This document shows, one piece after another, positions 1-9,202 of a DNA stretch of 49,254 nucleotides. Below the pieces are notes generated by a model, which was not told where the DNA came from, did no database searches, and saw nothing but the letters and a program-made list of their open reading frames with translations. How positions within the stretch are numbered: the stretch's first letter is position 1; the number at the start of each line of letters is the position of its first letter. The position numbers and the translations under genes are program-made. Source of the stretch: Candidatus Rokuibacteriota bacterium. GTDB lineage: Bacteria; Methylomirabilota; Methylomirabilia; Rokubacteriales; DASRDR01. The stretch covers positions 1 through 49,254 of the forward strand of contig JBIOTN010000148.1 in the NCBI GenBank assembly GCA_044866005.1, given 5' to 3'.

Positions 1-78
1 GCGAAGCCGCCGCACGGAGGCGCCCCCAGCGGCCCGACGACGTGTCTCACCGGGTCGGGTACTCCGACCCGCCCCTGG

Positions 79-690
79 CTACTTCTTGGGCCGACGGCGC
101 TCCTCCAGGCCTCGCTCCCAGAGGTACTCCTTTTCCCCCAGGCGCTTCGCCGCCCACCGGGAGAGCACGAACAGGAGATCGCTCAGCCGGTTCACGTACT
201 TGAGCGGCCACTCGCCGGTCGGCTCGCTGCGAGAGAGCCGGAGGATCTCGCGTTCCGCGCGCCGGCAGACCGTCCGCGCCTGATGGAGGAACGCCCCGAT
301 TCGCCCCCCGCCCGGCAGCACGAACGAGCGGAGCGGCTGGAGCTCGGTCTGGCACCGGTCGATCAGCCGCTCGAGCTCCCGGACTTCCGCCTCCCCGACC
401 CGGTACATCCCCTCGTAGGTCGCGTCCGCGGGGGTGGCAAGCTCGCTGCCCAGGTCGAAGAGCTGGTTCTGCAGACGCCGGAACACCTCGTCGAGCCAGC
501 GGTGGCTCTCGCCCTCCCCGAGGCGCTCCTCGTTGAAGACGCGGGCCACCCCGAGCACGGCGTTGAGCTCGTCGATCGTGCCGTACGCCTCGATGCGCGG
601 CGTGTCCTTCGGCACGCGCCGGCCACCGACCAGCGCGGTCTCACCTCGGTCGCCGGTCCGGGTGTAGACGCGAGTGATGCGGATCGGCAT
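79..690 (-). CDS. pduO: ATP:cob(I)alamin adenosyltransferase, PduO type
   Basis: N-terminal RVYTRTGDRGET, RIEAYGTIDELN, FVLPGG, ARTVCRRAER and YVNRLSDLLF motifs. Start trimmed to the ATG at 690 (MPIRITRVY). Confidence 0.92.
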   Translation of the reverse strand: MPIRITRVYTRTGDRGETALVGGRRVPKDTPRIEAYGTIDELNAVLGVARVFNEERLGEGESHRWLDEVFRRLQNQLFDLGSELATPADATYEGMYRVGEAEVRELERLIDRCQTELQPLRSFVLPGGGRIGAFLHQARTVCRRAEREILRLSRSEPTGEWPLKYVNRLSDLLFVLSRWAAKRLGEKEYLWERGLEERRRPKK

Positions 691-807
691 CGCGCTGCCC
701 TCCTCTCGCGCCGGGCACGCCGGCGCGCGCGCGACCGGGCCTGCGTCGCGGCAGTTCAGGGATACCGCGGGAGGCCGGCCTTGACAAGGGGCCATGCGCG
801 CGACCGA

Positions 808-816
808 TGCTACGAT
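808..816 (+). promoter_or_regulatory. Candidate extended -10 element (TGCTACGAT)
   Basis: TGn-TACGAT about 25 nt upstream of the GTG at 841. Confidence 0.35.
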
Positions 817-840
817 AGAGGCTCGTCGGAGCGCGGCCTG

Positions 841-1557
841 GTGGAAGAGTCGACGGCAGGGAAGCGAATCGTGCGCGCCCTCGGGCGCCCCGTCCGAGGC
901 GTCGCCGCGGCCGTCCGGGCGTACCCGGCGGCATTCGCGGCCGTGGCCCTGGCCGTCTTCGTCCTCGACGTGCTGCTCCCGCCCCTCGTGCTTTCCGTCG
1001 CCCGGAAGCCGGTGGACTTCTTCACCTTCAACCCCTGGCTCTCCAGGCTTCCGGCGTACCTGGCCTCGGAGACCGTGCCGCTGGGGCGGAAGCTCGAGTT
1101 CCTGCCGAACCTCGCCCTCTTCTGGTTCTCCGCCGACAGCCCGTACGGCGGCACGGAGTGGGGGTTCGCCGTGGACGTCGCCGACCTCGGTCGCTTCGCC
1201 CTGATGTCCGTGCTCTTCGGCGCCTACTTCGCCCTGTGGCGCGACGTGCGCGCCCGGCTGGGGGCCGCGCCGTGGGGCCCGCGGACCGCTCGCCGGGGCG
1301 GGGTGGCGGGCGCGCTGACGAGCGTGCTGGGGTTCACGACGGGGCCGTGTAGCGTGATGGGGTGCGGCGCGCCGGTGCTCCCCGTCGTGGGGCTGGCGTT
1401 CGTCGGCCTCTCCAGCGGGACCCTCGCCCTCCTCGCCCAGGCCTCGCGCGTGGGCACGGCGCTCGTGCTCCTGGCGATGACCGTCGCCGTCGCGTACCTG
1501 GCCTGGCTCGCGGGCGGCGCTCCGCGGTCGCCCCGCTCCCTCGAACCGGCTCGCTGA
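841..1557 (+). CDS. Hypothetical integral membrane protein with a GPCSVMGCG motif
   Basis: Several hydrophobic segments and GC3-rich codons. Start is uncertain (GTG 841 or 871); the upstream part of the 283..1557 ORF is antisense to pduO. Confidence 0.7.
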   Translation: MEESTAGKRIVRALGRPVRGVAAAVRAYPAAFAAVALAVFVLDVLLPPLVLSVARKPVDFFTFNPWLSRLPAYLASETVPLGRKLEFLPNLALFWFSADSPYGGTEWGFAVDVADLGRFALMSVLFGAYFALWRDVRARLGAAPWGPRTARRGGVAGALTSVLGFTTGPCSVMGCGAPVLPVVGLAFVGLSSGTLALLAQASRVGTALVLLAMTVAVAYLAWLAGGAPRSPRSLEPAR

Positions 1558-1622
1558 GGCCGCAAGCCGCCGAGCCGCCTCGTGCGGGAACGAAGCGCTT
1601 CGAGCGCGGGCTTGGCCCGCGG

Positions 1623-1684
1623 CCCACCCGCCCAGCCCTTTGAGGTAGGGAGGAGTCGGAGGGGGCCGCCGAGGCCCCCTCCGA
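1623..1684. repeat. REP-like intergenic palindromic repeat, copy 1
   Basis: TCGGAGGGGGCC-GCCGA-GGCCCCCTCCGA hairpin. The ~61-nt element is a close inverted copy of 17792..17853. Confidence 0.75.
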
Positions 1685-1689
1685 AGACG

Positions 1690-2409
1690 TCAGCCGCGGA
1701 TCGTCTTCATGACCTCGGCGTTGTCGAAGGCGCTCCGCGGGTCGCCCTGGAAGATGATCTCCCCCCGGTCGATGGCGTAGAGACGGTCCGCGATCCGCGC
1801 CGCCGTCATCAGGTTCGACTCGGCGATCAGGAGCGAGATCCCCATCGCCTTGATCTTCTGGACCGCGTCGATGAACCGGTTGACGACCACGGGGGCGAGA
1901 CCCTCGAACGGCTCGTCGAGCAGGAGAATCGACGGAGCGAGCGTCATCGCCCGCGCGATCGCGACCATCTTCTTCTGCCCGCCGCTCAGGTAGAGTCCGC
2001 GCCGTCCCAGGAACGTCCGGACCTCCGGAAAGAGCGCGAAGATGCGCTCGTCCGCCGATTCCCCGGCGGCGGGGCTCGGCCGGTCGCCGGAAGCCCTGGC
2101 GAGCCAGTGGCTGATCTGGAAGTTCTCCGCGACGGTCAGGTCGGGGAAGATGCCGGCATCCTCGGGGGCGTAACCGACGCCCAGGCGCGCGCGCGCGTGG
2201 GCCGGCAAGCGGGTGATGTCCCGGCCTCGGAAGCGGATCGTCCCCGCTCGCACCGGGAGGAGTCCCATGATGCTCTCGATGGTCGTGGTCTTCCCCGCGC
2301 CGTTCCGGCCGACCAGGCACACGGCCTCGGCCTCCTGCACCTCCAGGGAGACGCCCCGCAGGACGTGGGCCGGTCCGCGGTTCGTGTCGATGCGCTCGAG
2401 CTGGAGCAC
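1690..2409 (-). CDS. livF: ABC transporter ATP-binding protein, LivF-like
   Basis: GRNGAGKTT Walker A, LSGGQ signature, LLLDEP Walker B. Confidence 0.9.
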   Translation of the reverse strand: MLQLERIDTNRGPAHVLRGVSLEVQEAEAVCLVGRNGAGKTTTIESIMGLLPVRAGTIRFRGRDITRLPAHARARLGVGYAPEDAGIFPDLTVAENFQISHWLARASGDRPSPAAGESADERIFALFPEVRTFLGRRGLYLSGGQKKMVAIARAMTLAPSILLLDEPFEGLAPVVVNRFIDAVQKIKAMGISLLIAESNLMTAARIADRLYAIDRGEIIFQGDPRSAFDNAEVMKTIRG

Positions 2410-2426
2410 CCGCGGTCCCCAGCCGG

Positions 2427-3191
2427 TCAGCCGCTCACGCCCGGGAGCCGACTGCCGAGCAGGGTGGTCATCACCTGCTCGTTCACGCGGATCTGGTCCG
2501 GCGTGCCGTCGGCCAGGATCGTGCCCTGGTGCATGACGACGATGCGGTCGGAGTATTTGAAGACGACGTCCATGTCGTGCTCGATGATCACGGCGGTGAT
2601 CTTCCCGGAGCGCACGACGCCGGTGATGATGTCCATGATCGGCGCCTTCTCGCGCGTGCTGACGCCGCTGGTCGGCTCGTCGAGGAAGAGGAGCCGGGGG
2701 CGGAGGGCGTGCGCGACGGCGACGTCGAGGAGCTTCCGCTCGCCCTGGGAGAGGCCGCCGGCCGGGACGGCCGCCTTGCTCTCGAGCCCGAAGTGCTGGA
2801 GCAGATCCAGGGCCTCGTCGCGCACGGCCCGGTCGGCGTCGGCCAGGGCGAGGAGCTTCCGGGTCTTGCCCTCGCGGGCGAACACCGCCAGGGCGACGTT
2901 GTCGAGCGTCGCGAGCTGGTCGAACAGGTTGACGAGCTGGAAGCTCCGCGCGATGCCCGCGCGGATCCGGGCGTGCACGGAGAGCGCGGTGACGTCACTG
3001 CCCTGGAAGAGGATCGTCCCCGAGTCGGCGCGAAGCAGGCCGCTGATCAGGTTCACCAGGGTGGTCTTCCCGGCGCCGTTCGAGCCGATCAGGGCCAGGA
3101 CTTCGCCCTGGCTGACGGCGAAGTCCACGTGATCGACGGCGTGGGTCTCGCCGAAGTACTTGGTGAGCCGCCGGGTCTCGAGCAGGCTCAC
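2427..3191 (-). CDS. livG: ABC transporter ATP-binding protein, LivG-like
   Basis: GSNGAGKTT, GIARSFQ, LFLDEPTSG, IIEHDMD. Confidence 0.9.
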   Translation of the reverse strand: MSLLETRRLTKYFGETHAVDHVDFAVSQGEVLALIGSNGAGKTTLVNLISGLLRADSGTILFQGSDVTALSVHARIRAGIARSFQLVNLFDQLATLDNVALAVFAREGKTRKLLALADADRAVRDEALDLLQHFGLESKAAVPAGGLSQGERKLLDVAVAHALRPRLLFLDEPTSGVSTREKAPIMDIITGVVRSGKITAVIIEHDMDVVFKYSDRIVVMHQGTILADGTPDQIRVNEQVMTTLLGSRLPGVSG

Positions 3192-3192
3192 G

Positions 3193-4179
3193 TCAGGCCG
3201 ACCGCCGTCCCAGCCTCAGCCGGCCGGCGGTGCCGACGATGCCCGCCGGCAGCGCGAGTACCAGCACGACGAGGACCACCCCGAGGACCATCTGCCAGTA
3301 GACGGTGTGTCCCACGGCGTAGGTCTCCAGGTAGTTGTAGACGATGGCCCCGAAGACCGGTCCGATGAAGGTCTGGAACCCCCCGAGGACCGTGAAGAAG
3401 ACGATCTTCCCCGAGAACGTCCAGTGCATGATGTCCGGGGTGGTGAGCCCGTTGAGCGGCACCCAGAGCGCCCCCGCCAGCCCGGTGTACGCGCCGGAGA
3501 CGACGAAGGCCAGCCACCGGTACCGTCGCACCTGCACGCCGACGAACTCGGCCCGCGTCTCGTTGTCGCGGATGCCCTGGAGCGCCTTGCCGAAGGGCGA
3601 GTGCACGATGACCCACATGATGGCCACGCACGCGACGAAGATGACGAGCACGTAGTAGTAGTAGCGGTAGGCGAGGAAGGCGAGCTTGTCCTCGGCCTTG
3701 CCGAAGGCCGTGGCGATCTGGCCGCCCAGGAGCGTCGGGGTCGGCACCCGCAGCCCGTCGGTCCCGCCGGTGACCCAGAAGAACTTGAAGGCGAGGCTCC
3801 ACAGCACCTGGGACAGGGCCAGGGTCAGGATGCCGAAGAAGATCCGCGTGTAGCGCACGCAGACGACCCCGAACAGGGCGGCGAGCGCCGCCGCGGCGAC
3901 GATGCCGCCGAGGACGAAGGCCTCCATGGACGTCATCTGGAAGTACTTGACCATGAGGGCCACCGCGTAGGCGCCCATGCCGAAATAGGCGGAGTGGCCG
4001 AACGAGAGCAGGCCCGTGTAGCCCAGGAGCAGGTTGAAGCCCAGCGCCGCGATCGCGAAGATGAGCCCGTACGAGAGCAGCACCGTCTGATACGGCGGGA
4101 CCACGAACGGGAGCGCCACCAGCGCCAGGAGCACGGGCGCCGCGGCGAGCGCGACCCGGCGGGGCGAGAGCGGGCTCAC
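3193..4179 (-). CDS. livM: Branched-chain amino acid-type ABC permease, LivM-like
   Basis: GFNLLLGYTGLLSFGHSAYFGMGAY and SPFGKALQGIRDNE motifs; multiple TM segments. Confidence 0.9.
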   Translation of the reverse strand: MSPLSPRRVALAAAPVLLALVALPFVVPPYQTVLLSYGLIFAIAALGFNLLLGYTGLLSFGHSAYFGMGAYAVALMVKYFQMTSMEAFVLGGIVAAAALAALFGVVCVRYTRIFFGILTLALSQVLWSLAFKFFWVTGGTDGLRVPTPTLLGGQIATAFGKAEDKLAFLAYRYYYYVLVIFVACVAIMWVIVHSPFGKALQGIRDNETRAEFVGVQVRRYRWLAFVVSGAYTGLAGALWVPLNGLTTPDIMHWTFSGKIVFFTVLGGFQTFIGPVFGAIVYNYLETYAVGHTVYWQMVLGVVLVVLVLALPAGIVGTAGRLRLGRRSA

Positions 4180-4213
4180 GCGCCCGCCCTCCGCGGCAGC
4201 CCTTCGGGCGGCC

Positions 4214-5089
4214 TCATGCGCGGCCGAAGAGGCCCGCCGGCCGCGCCAGCAGGACGACGGCGGCCATGAGGTAGAGCACTGCCAGCTCGACCTCCGGGAA
4301 GAAGGCGATCCCGAACTCGCGCATGACGCCGACCATCAGCGCGCCCAGCAGCGCGCCTTCGAGACTTCCCAGCCCGCCGATGACGACCACGACGAACGCG
4401 AGCACGAGCGCGTCGACCCCCATGCCGAGCACGGCCCCCTGCTGCGGGACGATGATGGCGCCCCCCAGACCGGCCATGAAGCAGCCGAGGGTGAACGCCT
4501 GGACGTAGACGCGGTTGACGTTCACCCCGAGCGCCGAGGCCATCCGCATGTTCTGGGAGGTGGCGCGCAGGATGACGCCGAACTTCGTCTTGTAGACGAA
4601 CGCCCAGAGCGCTGCCGCCGCGACGCCGCCCACGACGATCACCGCCAGGTTGTACGTGGGGTACACCGTCTCGCCCAGGGTGAGGCTTCCCGGGGCCTCG
4701 AACAGCGCGCTGGCCGCCAGGGGGTACGGCCCCCAGATGAGCCGCATGAGGTCCTCGAGGATGAGGAGGAGGCCGAACGTGATCAGGAGCTGGTACTCCT
4801 CGGCCCGCCGGTAGAGCGGCCGGAGGAGCGTGGGCTCCAGGATCGCGCCGAGGAGGGCGGCGGCGACGGCGCCGGCCGGCAGCAGCAGGTAGAGAAGCGC
4901 GGTCGGAAGGCCCGCCAGGGCCTGGCCCACGGCCCACGCCGTGACGTAGGCGCCGAAGGCGTAGAGGTTCCCGTGCGCGAGGTTGACGATCCGCATGACG
5001 CCGTAGATCAGGCTGAGCCCTCCGGCGATCAGGAAGAGGACCGACGCGTAGAGGAGGGCATTGAGGACGTGGACCGCGAGCGTCTCCAT
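4214..5089 (-). CDS. livH: Branched-chain amino acid-type ABC permease, LivH-like
   Basis: GLSLIYGVMRIVNLAHG and FVVVVIGGLGS motifs. Start taken as the ATG at 5089. Confidence 0.9.
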   Translation of the reverse strand: METLAVHVLNALLYASVLFLIAGGLSLIYGVMRIVNLAHGNLYAFGAYVTAWAVGQALAGLPTALLYLLLPAGAVAAALLGAILEPTLLRPLYRRAEEYQLLITFGLLLILEDLMRLIWGPYPLAASALFEAPGSLTLGETVYPTYNLAVIVVGGVAAAALWAFVYKTKFGVILRATSQNMRMASALGVNVNRVYVQAFTLGCFMAGLGGAIIVPQQGAVLGMGVDALVLAFVVVVIGGLGSLEGALLGALMVGVMREFGIAFFPEVELAVLYLMAAVVLLARPAGLFGRA

Positions 5090-5122
5090 GCCCGCGTACA
5101 ATGCCTCAAGCCACCGGGCGAT

Positions 5123-7432
5123 TCAAGGGCGTGCCGGCGCTCGATACGACAGCTCGCGGATCTCCGGGTTGACGGCGTTCTCGGCGGCGTAGAGCGCGAT
5201 GGCGACCGTGTACGGTCCAGGCTTGAGCTTGCCCGCGAGGTCCACGGTGAACACGCCGGCGTCCGGGTACGGCGCCGTCCCGGCTGCATGGACCTCGCCG
5301 TCGGCGCCCCGCACCACGTATCGGCAGACGGGCACGTCGCGCCGGTCGCCCGCCGACACGACCGCGGGGACGGGCGTCCGGACGAGCCGGTGCTCCCGCT
5401 GGAACTTCTGGATCGTTTCCACCTCGGCGTGGACCTCGAGGCGCTCGCCGCGGGCCTCGACCCTCGCCACGAAGGCGCGGCGCGGGATCGCGTAGCGGTC
5501 GTACGACCCGACGCCCAGCGGGTACGTGAAGTCGCGGAAGACCTGCAGGACCGCGTCCGTCTCCGACCAGCTGTCGAGCCGGTAGGGGCCGTTCGTCACC
5601 AGGAAGTGGCCGTGCTTCTGGTAGAAGTGCTTGAGGGCGGACCACCGCTCCCGCGCGTCGCCCGGCGTCACGATCCCTTTCAGGCCTGCCCCCGAGGCCT
5701 TCAGGCCGGGCGGGACGTAGCCTTGGAGCGCGAACGCGTCCACGAGCGTCGCGAGCGCGGCCTTCGTCTTCCGGTCGCGGACCAGATCGAGCCAGGGGAC
5801 CCCCCGCCGGCGCGCCTCGTCCGCCGAAAAGGCGGCGAGGCCCCGCTTGACCGCCTCCTCCATCAGGACGATGACGGGCCAGGGGAGCGTGCTCCACGGT
5901 GGCGCCACCGCGGCGATCGTCTCGGGATCCGAGCCGCCGTGCCGGGCGTAGGCCTCGACGGTGTGGACGACGTACGTGAACTTCACGTCGCCGTACTCCC
6001 GGACCTCCGTGTCCACGCGGAGGACGCGGAGCCCGGCCAGCCACTGGCGGGTCAGGGCCGTGGCGGCGTCCACGCCCGGGTCGTACTCGAGCGGCGTGCG
6101 GGACGAGCTCACCCCCCAGCGGTACGCGAAGACATAGGGGTAGAGCACGTCCGCGGTCGTCATGCGACTGCCGTCGTGAAACGCGGAGGTCAGGACCCGG
6201 TAGACGACCTTCGTGCGCGCGGTCGTCCCGCCGCCGACCTCCCTGAGGAGCCCGGTGCCCGGCTCCGGGCGAAGCGCGTCGTTGGGGACCTCCACGGACG
6301 GCGCCGTGGAGACCGAGGCGGCCGTGACCCGGTTCCCGATCCAGCCGCCGGCGTACGGGGCCGGAAAGAACGCGGGATCGCCGGTGGCGAGCCAGACCAG
6401 CGTCCCGGCCGGGTCGGTGAACCCCCCGATGGGATTCCAGGCGGCCGTGGCGCTCGTCCCGATGCCGAGCCGCAGCCAGCCGTTCCAGGGAAAGTCTTTC
6501 AGCTTGACGGTCCGCAGGAAGATCGCCGAGTCGAGGCCGGTCACCGAGTCCCAGGCGACGTTTTCGACGCCCGCCGAGAACTCCGAGTTGAAGTACTCGC
6601 GCCGCGGCGCGTAGCCCACCACGACCCGCTCGCAGCCGCGGCCGAGGAGGGATACCAGCCGCCGCTCCAGGTTGAGGCGATCGACCGGGCTCGCCTCGTC
6701 CCCGCCGAGGAGCCGGCGGTAGAGGGTCTCGGCCGCCTGCCGGGTGGCCGGGTCGGCGAGCGCGCCGGCGTGGAGGAGGTAGGCGTGGAACCACCCCTGC
6801 TTGAGCGGCGGCGGCCCGAGCCAGCCGTTCAGGCTGGTCGCGCCGGCCGCCAGGAGGTCGGCGACGTCGACGTCCTCGAGCGTCGCGTCCCACTCCCCGG
6901 CCTCGGGCCGCCAGTGGGCCCGGGCCAGGGCTTCGGCGGCCGGCCCCTTGGCGCGGACTCTCAGGGGGCGCGTGGTCGCCGGGTCGGGGCGAGCCGCCGC
7001 CTCCCGCTTCGCCGCCTCCGCCCGGTCGACGTGCTCGAGGTAGTCGCCGTGATACGGGGTGACGGGGTAGGGGTGGAACACGTACCGCCCGGAGGACCGG
7101 GCGAGGATCGCGAGGATCCGCCGCGCGGCGGCACATCGCGTGTCGCGCTCTCGCCAGGCGGGCAGCCCCGTGTTGAAGGTGACGACCAGGAAGCCGCCGA
7201 GCGAATCGACCGCGGTGACGGTGGGCGGCGCCGCCCCGCCCGCGAAGGGATCCGCGCCGACGTAGGCGTGCAGCGAGTTCTGCGCGAGGAGCGTGGCCGC
7301 GGCAGCCGGCTCGAGCGTGTCGATCCGGATCTCCTGCGGGTAGTAGGAGGGGTAAAAGGGCAGCTCGTGCCCGGCGTCGGCCCCGGCCGCGAGCAGGCAG
7401 AGAGCGAGGAGGAGTGCGGACGGGGGTCGCAT
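5123..7432 (-). CDS. Large secreted protein, probably a family-5-like (peptide/nickel-type) solute-binding protein
   Basis: Sec-type signal peptide (ADA-G); WNPIGGFTD, FHDGSRMTTADVLY and NGPYRL segments resemble SBP_bac_5 folds; 769 aa. Confidence 0.65.
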   Translation of the reverse strand: MRPPSALLLALCLLAAGADAGHELPFYPSYYPQEIRIDTLEPAAAATLLAQNSLHAYVGADPFAGGAAPPTVTAVDSLGGFLVVTFNTGLPAWRERDTRCAAARRILAILARSSGRYVFHPYPVTPYHGDYLEHVDRAEAAKREAAARPDPATTRPLRVRAKGPAAEALARAHWRPEAGEWDATLEDVDVADLLAAGATSLNGWLGPPPLKQGWFHAYLLHAGALADPATRQAAETLYRRLLGGDEASPVDRLNLERRLVSLLGRGCERVVVGYAPRREYFNSEFSAGVENVAWDSVTGLDSAIFLRTVKLKDFPWNGWLRLGIGTSATAAWNPIGGFTDPAGTLVWLATGDPAFFPAPYAGGWIGNRVTAASVSTAPSVEVPNDALRPEPGTGLLREVGGGTTARTKVVYRVLTSAFHDGSRMTTADVLYPYVFAYRWGVSSSRTPLEYDPGVDAATALTRQWLAGLRVLRVDTEVREYGDVKFTYVVHTVEAYARHGGSDPETIAAVAPPWSTLPWPVIVLMEEAVKRGLAAFSADEARRRGVPWLDLVRDRKTKAALATLVDAFALQGYVPPGLKASGAGLKGIVTPGDARERWSALKHFYQKHGHFLVTNGPYRLDSWSETDAVLQVFRDFTYPLGVGSYDRYAIPRRAFVARVEARGERLEVHAEVETIQKFQREHRLVRTPVPAVVSAGDRRDVPVCRYVVRGADGEVHAAGTAPYPDAGVFTVDLAGKLKPGPYTVAIALYAAENAVNPEIRELSYRAPARP

Positions 7433-7595
7433 GGCCCAGGCGCCGCGGCGCGCGCGGTGGGGCCCTCGAGAGGCCGAGCCGGCCGGCCTTCCGCTAGCGG
7501 CCTGTCGGCGCGAGGGTCGTGCGGTCTGGAACAGCGTCCCAGCGGCGGCGTTGCCGCCGGCTCACGCACCCGCCCGGCAACGGGGCGGGCGGTAG

Positions 7596-7622
7596 CGGAG
7601 GGGGCCGTCGCGGCCCCCTCCG
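7596..7622. repeat. REP-like palindrome, copy 2
   Basis: CGGAGGGGGCCG-TCG-CGGCCCCCTCCG just past the 3' end of the SBP gene. Confidence 0.7.
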
Positions 7623-7633
7623 GTGGGGGAAGT

Positions 7634-9010
7634 CTAGGAAACCTTCGGCCAGGTCTTGTCGATCCAGTCGTAGGTGGCGGTGTGGTCGCCCCCCGGCTTC
7701 GGCCATCCCGGCGGCGCCGTGATGTTCCGGATCGGGATCGTGATCATCCGGTTCGGGTCCAGCACCTGGAACGGGTATTCCGGCAGGTTCTTGCTGAACC
7801 CGGTGACGGCGTCCTTGTAGGCCTGGTGATTGTCCGGCCGGAAGTAGATGTAGCCGGCCGGTCCGGCCATGCCGAGGTTCTCCAGCTGGCCGATGATCGC
7901 GTCCTCGTCGGGCCACCCGCTGGCCAGCTTGTTCGCCCGCTCGATGGCGTTCTTCAGCATGTACATCGTGACGTACGAGCCCTCGGACTGGAAGTTCGGG
8001 TACTCGTTCCACTTCGCCTGGTACTTCTTCACGAACTCGGTGTTCGCGGGCCACCGGTTCTGCGGCGGGTAGTTGAAGTAGTAGTTGGAGTGGACACCCG
8101 CGATCACGCCTTCGGGGTGGTCCTTCCCGATCGCGTGCGGCGCCACGCCGAAGGCGATCGTGCTCGCGAACTTCGACTTCTTGAAGAGGTCGTAGCGCAG
8201 CGCCTGCTTGTAGAAGGCGACGTAGTCCCCGCCCCAGACCGAGGAGACGAGCAGGTCCGGCTTCGCGGAGATCGCCTTCGTGATGTGCGAGGTGAAGTCG
8301 GTCGTGCCGAGCTTCGGCCACCCCTCGGAGACCACGTCGATGCCGGGCAGGAGCTTCTTGAGCGCGATGTTGACGTGGTCGAAGGCGTTCCGCCCGTAGG
8401 AGTAGTCGGGGTGGATGTGCGCGATCTTCCGGACCTGCGGCCACGTCGACGCGATGGCCACGGCGCAGGTCACGCCGTCCGCCGACTGGATGTTCGTGAT
8501 GCGGAAGATGTAGTGGGGGTTCGGCACGGCCTTGTCGAAGAGGAAGTCGGTGCAGCCGTCGACGAAGATCGTCAGGAGCTTCAGCTCCTCGGCGACCGGG
8601 CCGAGCGCGGGGGTGTTGCCGCTGGAGATGACGCCCGTGAAGAGGTCGATCTGCTCCGACAGCTTCATCCGGCGCATCTCTTTCACGTTGGCGTCGGTGC
8701 CCGCCGCCTCGTCGGCCTTGAGCACCTCGATCTTTCGCTTGCCGAGGAACCCGCCCTGGCCGTTGATCTCGTCGACGGCCAGCATGAGGCCCTTGTAGGA
8801 CGGCTCTCCGAGCACGGCGGCCGGGCCGGTGAAGAAGGTCATGTGCCCGACCTTGAACGGCTTGTCGGGGATGGTGCCCTTGGGCTGGGCCTGGGCCTGC
8901 GCCACCGCCGGCGCGGCGAGCGGGGCGACCGCAGCGCCGAGGGCGGCGCCGCCGACGGTCACGCCCAGGCTCGTCAGGAAGTCACGACGACTGGTCACTT
9001 GGTCGGCCAT
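7634..9010 (-). CDS. ABC substrate-binding protein, Leu/Ile/Val-binding-like fold, Tat-exported
   Basis: SRRDFL twin-arginine signal; LAVDEINGQGG, GVISSG and DYSYG motifs; SD GGAGG before the ATG at 9010. Confidence 0.88.
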   Translation of the reverse strand: MADQVTSRRDFLTSLGVTVGGAALGAAVAPLAAPAVAQAQAQPKGTIPDKPFKVGHMTFFTGPAAVLGEPSYKGLMLAVDEINGQGGFLGKRKIEVLKADEAAGTDANVKEMRRMKLSEQIDLFTGVISSGNTPALGPVAEELKLLTIFVDGCTDFLFDKAVPNPHYIFRITNIQSADGVTCAVAIASTWPQVRKIAHIHPDYSYGRNAFDHVNIALKKLLPGIDVVSEGWPKLGTTDFTSHITKAISAKPDLLVSSVWGGDYVAFYKQALRYDLFKKSKFASTIAFGVAPHAIGKDHPEGVIAGVHSNYYFNYPPQNRWPANTEFVKKYQAKWNEYPNFQSEGSYVTMYMLKNAIERANKLASGWPDEDAIIGQLENLGMAGPAGYIYFRPDNHQAYKDAVTGFSKNLPEYPFQVLDPNRMITIPIRNITAPPGWPKPGGDHTATYDWIDKTWPKVS

Positions 9011-9096
9011 GGGATTCGTCCCTCCTACCCGCGGTTCGGGATGGTTTGACGGGTACCTCGTCCGAGGCGTGTGGGATCGCAGAGGCGCTGTACAGC

Positions 9097-9124
9097 ATTC
9101 TCGCCAGCGCCGCCGGCTTGTCAA
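9097..9124 (-). promoter_or_regulatory. Candidate sigma70 promoter for the ABC operon
   Basis: Minus strand TTGACA-N16-GAGAAT. Confidence 0.5.
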
Positions 9125-9158
9125 GGGCTTTTCCCGCGCTGGCGCCGCGCCGGCGCGC

Positions 9159-9188
9159 TTGACAACGCCCGTGGCCGGCACCGATAGT
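9159..9188 (+). promoter_or_regulatory. Candidate sigma70 promoter for aor
   Basis: TTGACA-N18-GATAGT, 15 nt upstream of the ATG at 9203. Confidence 0.5.
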
Positions 9189-9202
9189 GTGAGGGATCCT
9201 CG

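Noticed and set aside
781..816. TTGACA (781) paired with TACGAT (811) as a -35/-10 promoter
   Set aside because: The spacer is 24 nt, too long; only the extended -10 was kept as a weak candidate.
4973..9049. 1358-aa plus-strand ORF and many other long overlapping ORFs (e.g. 1582..3132, 40600..43005, 39110..40855, 14421..16409)
   Set aside because: Antisense or off-frame shadows of well-supported genes; expected in very GC-rich DNA; no recognisable motifs.
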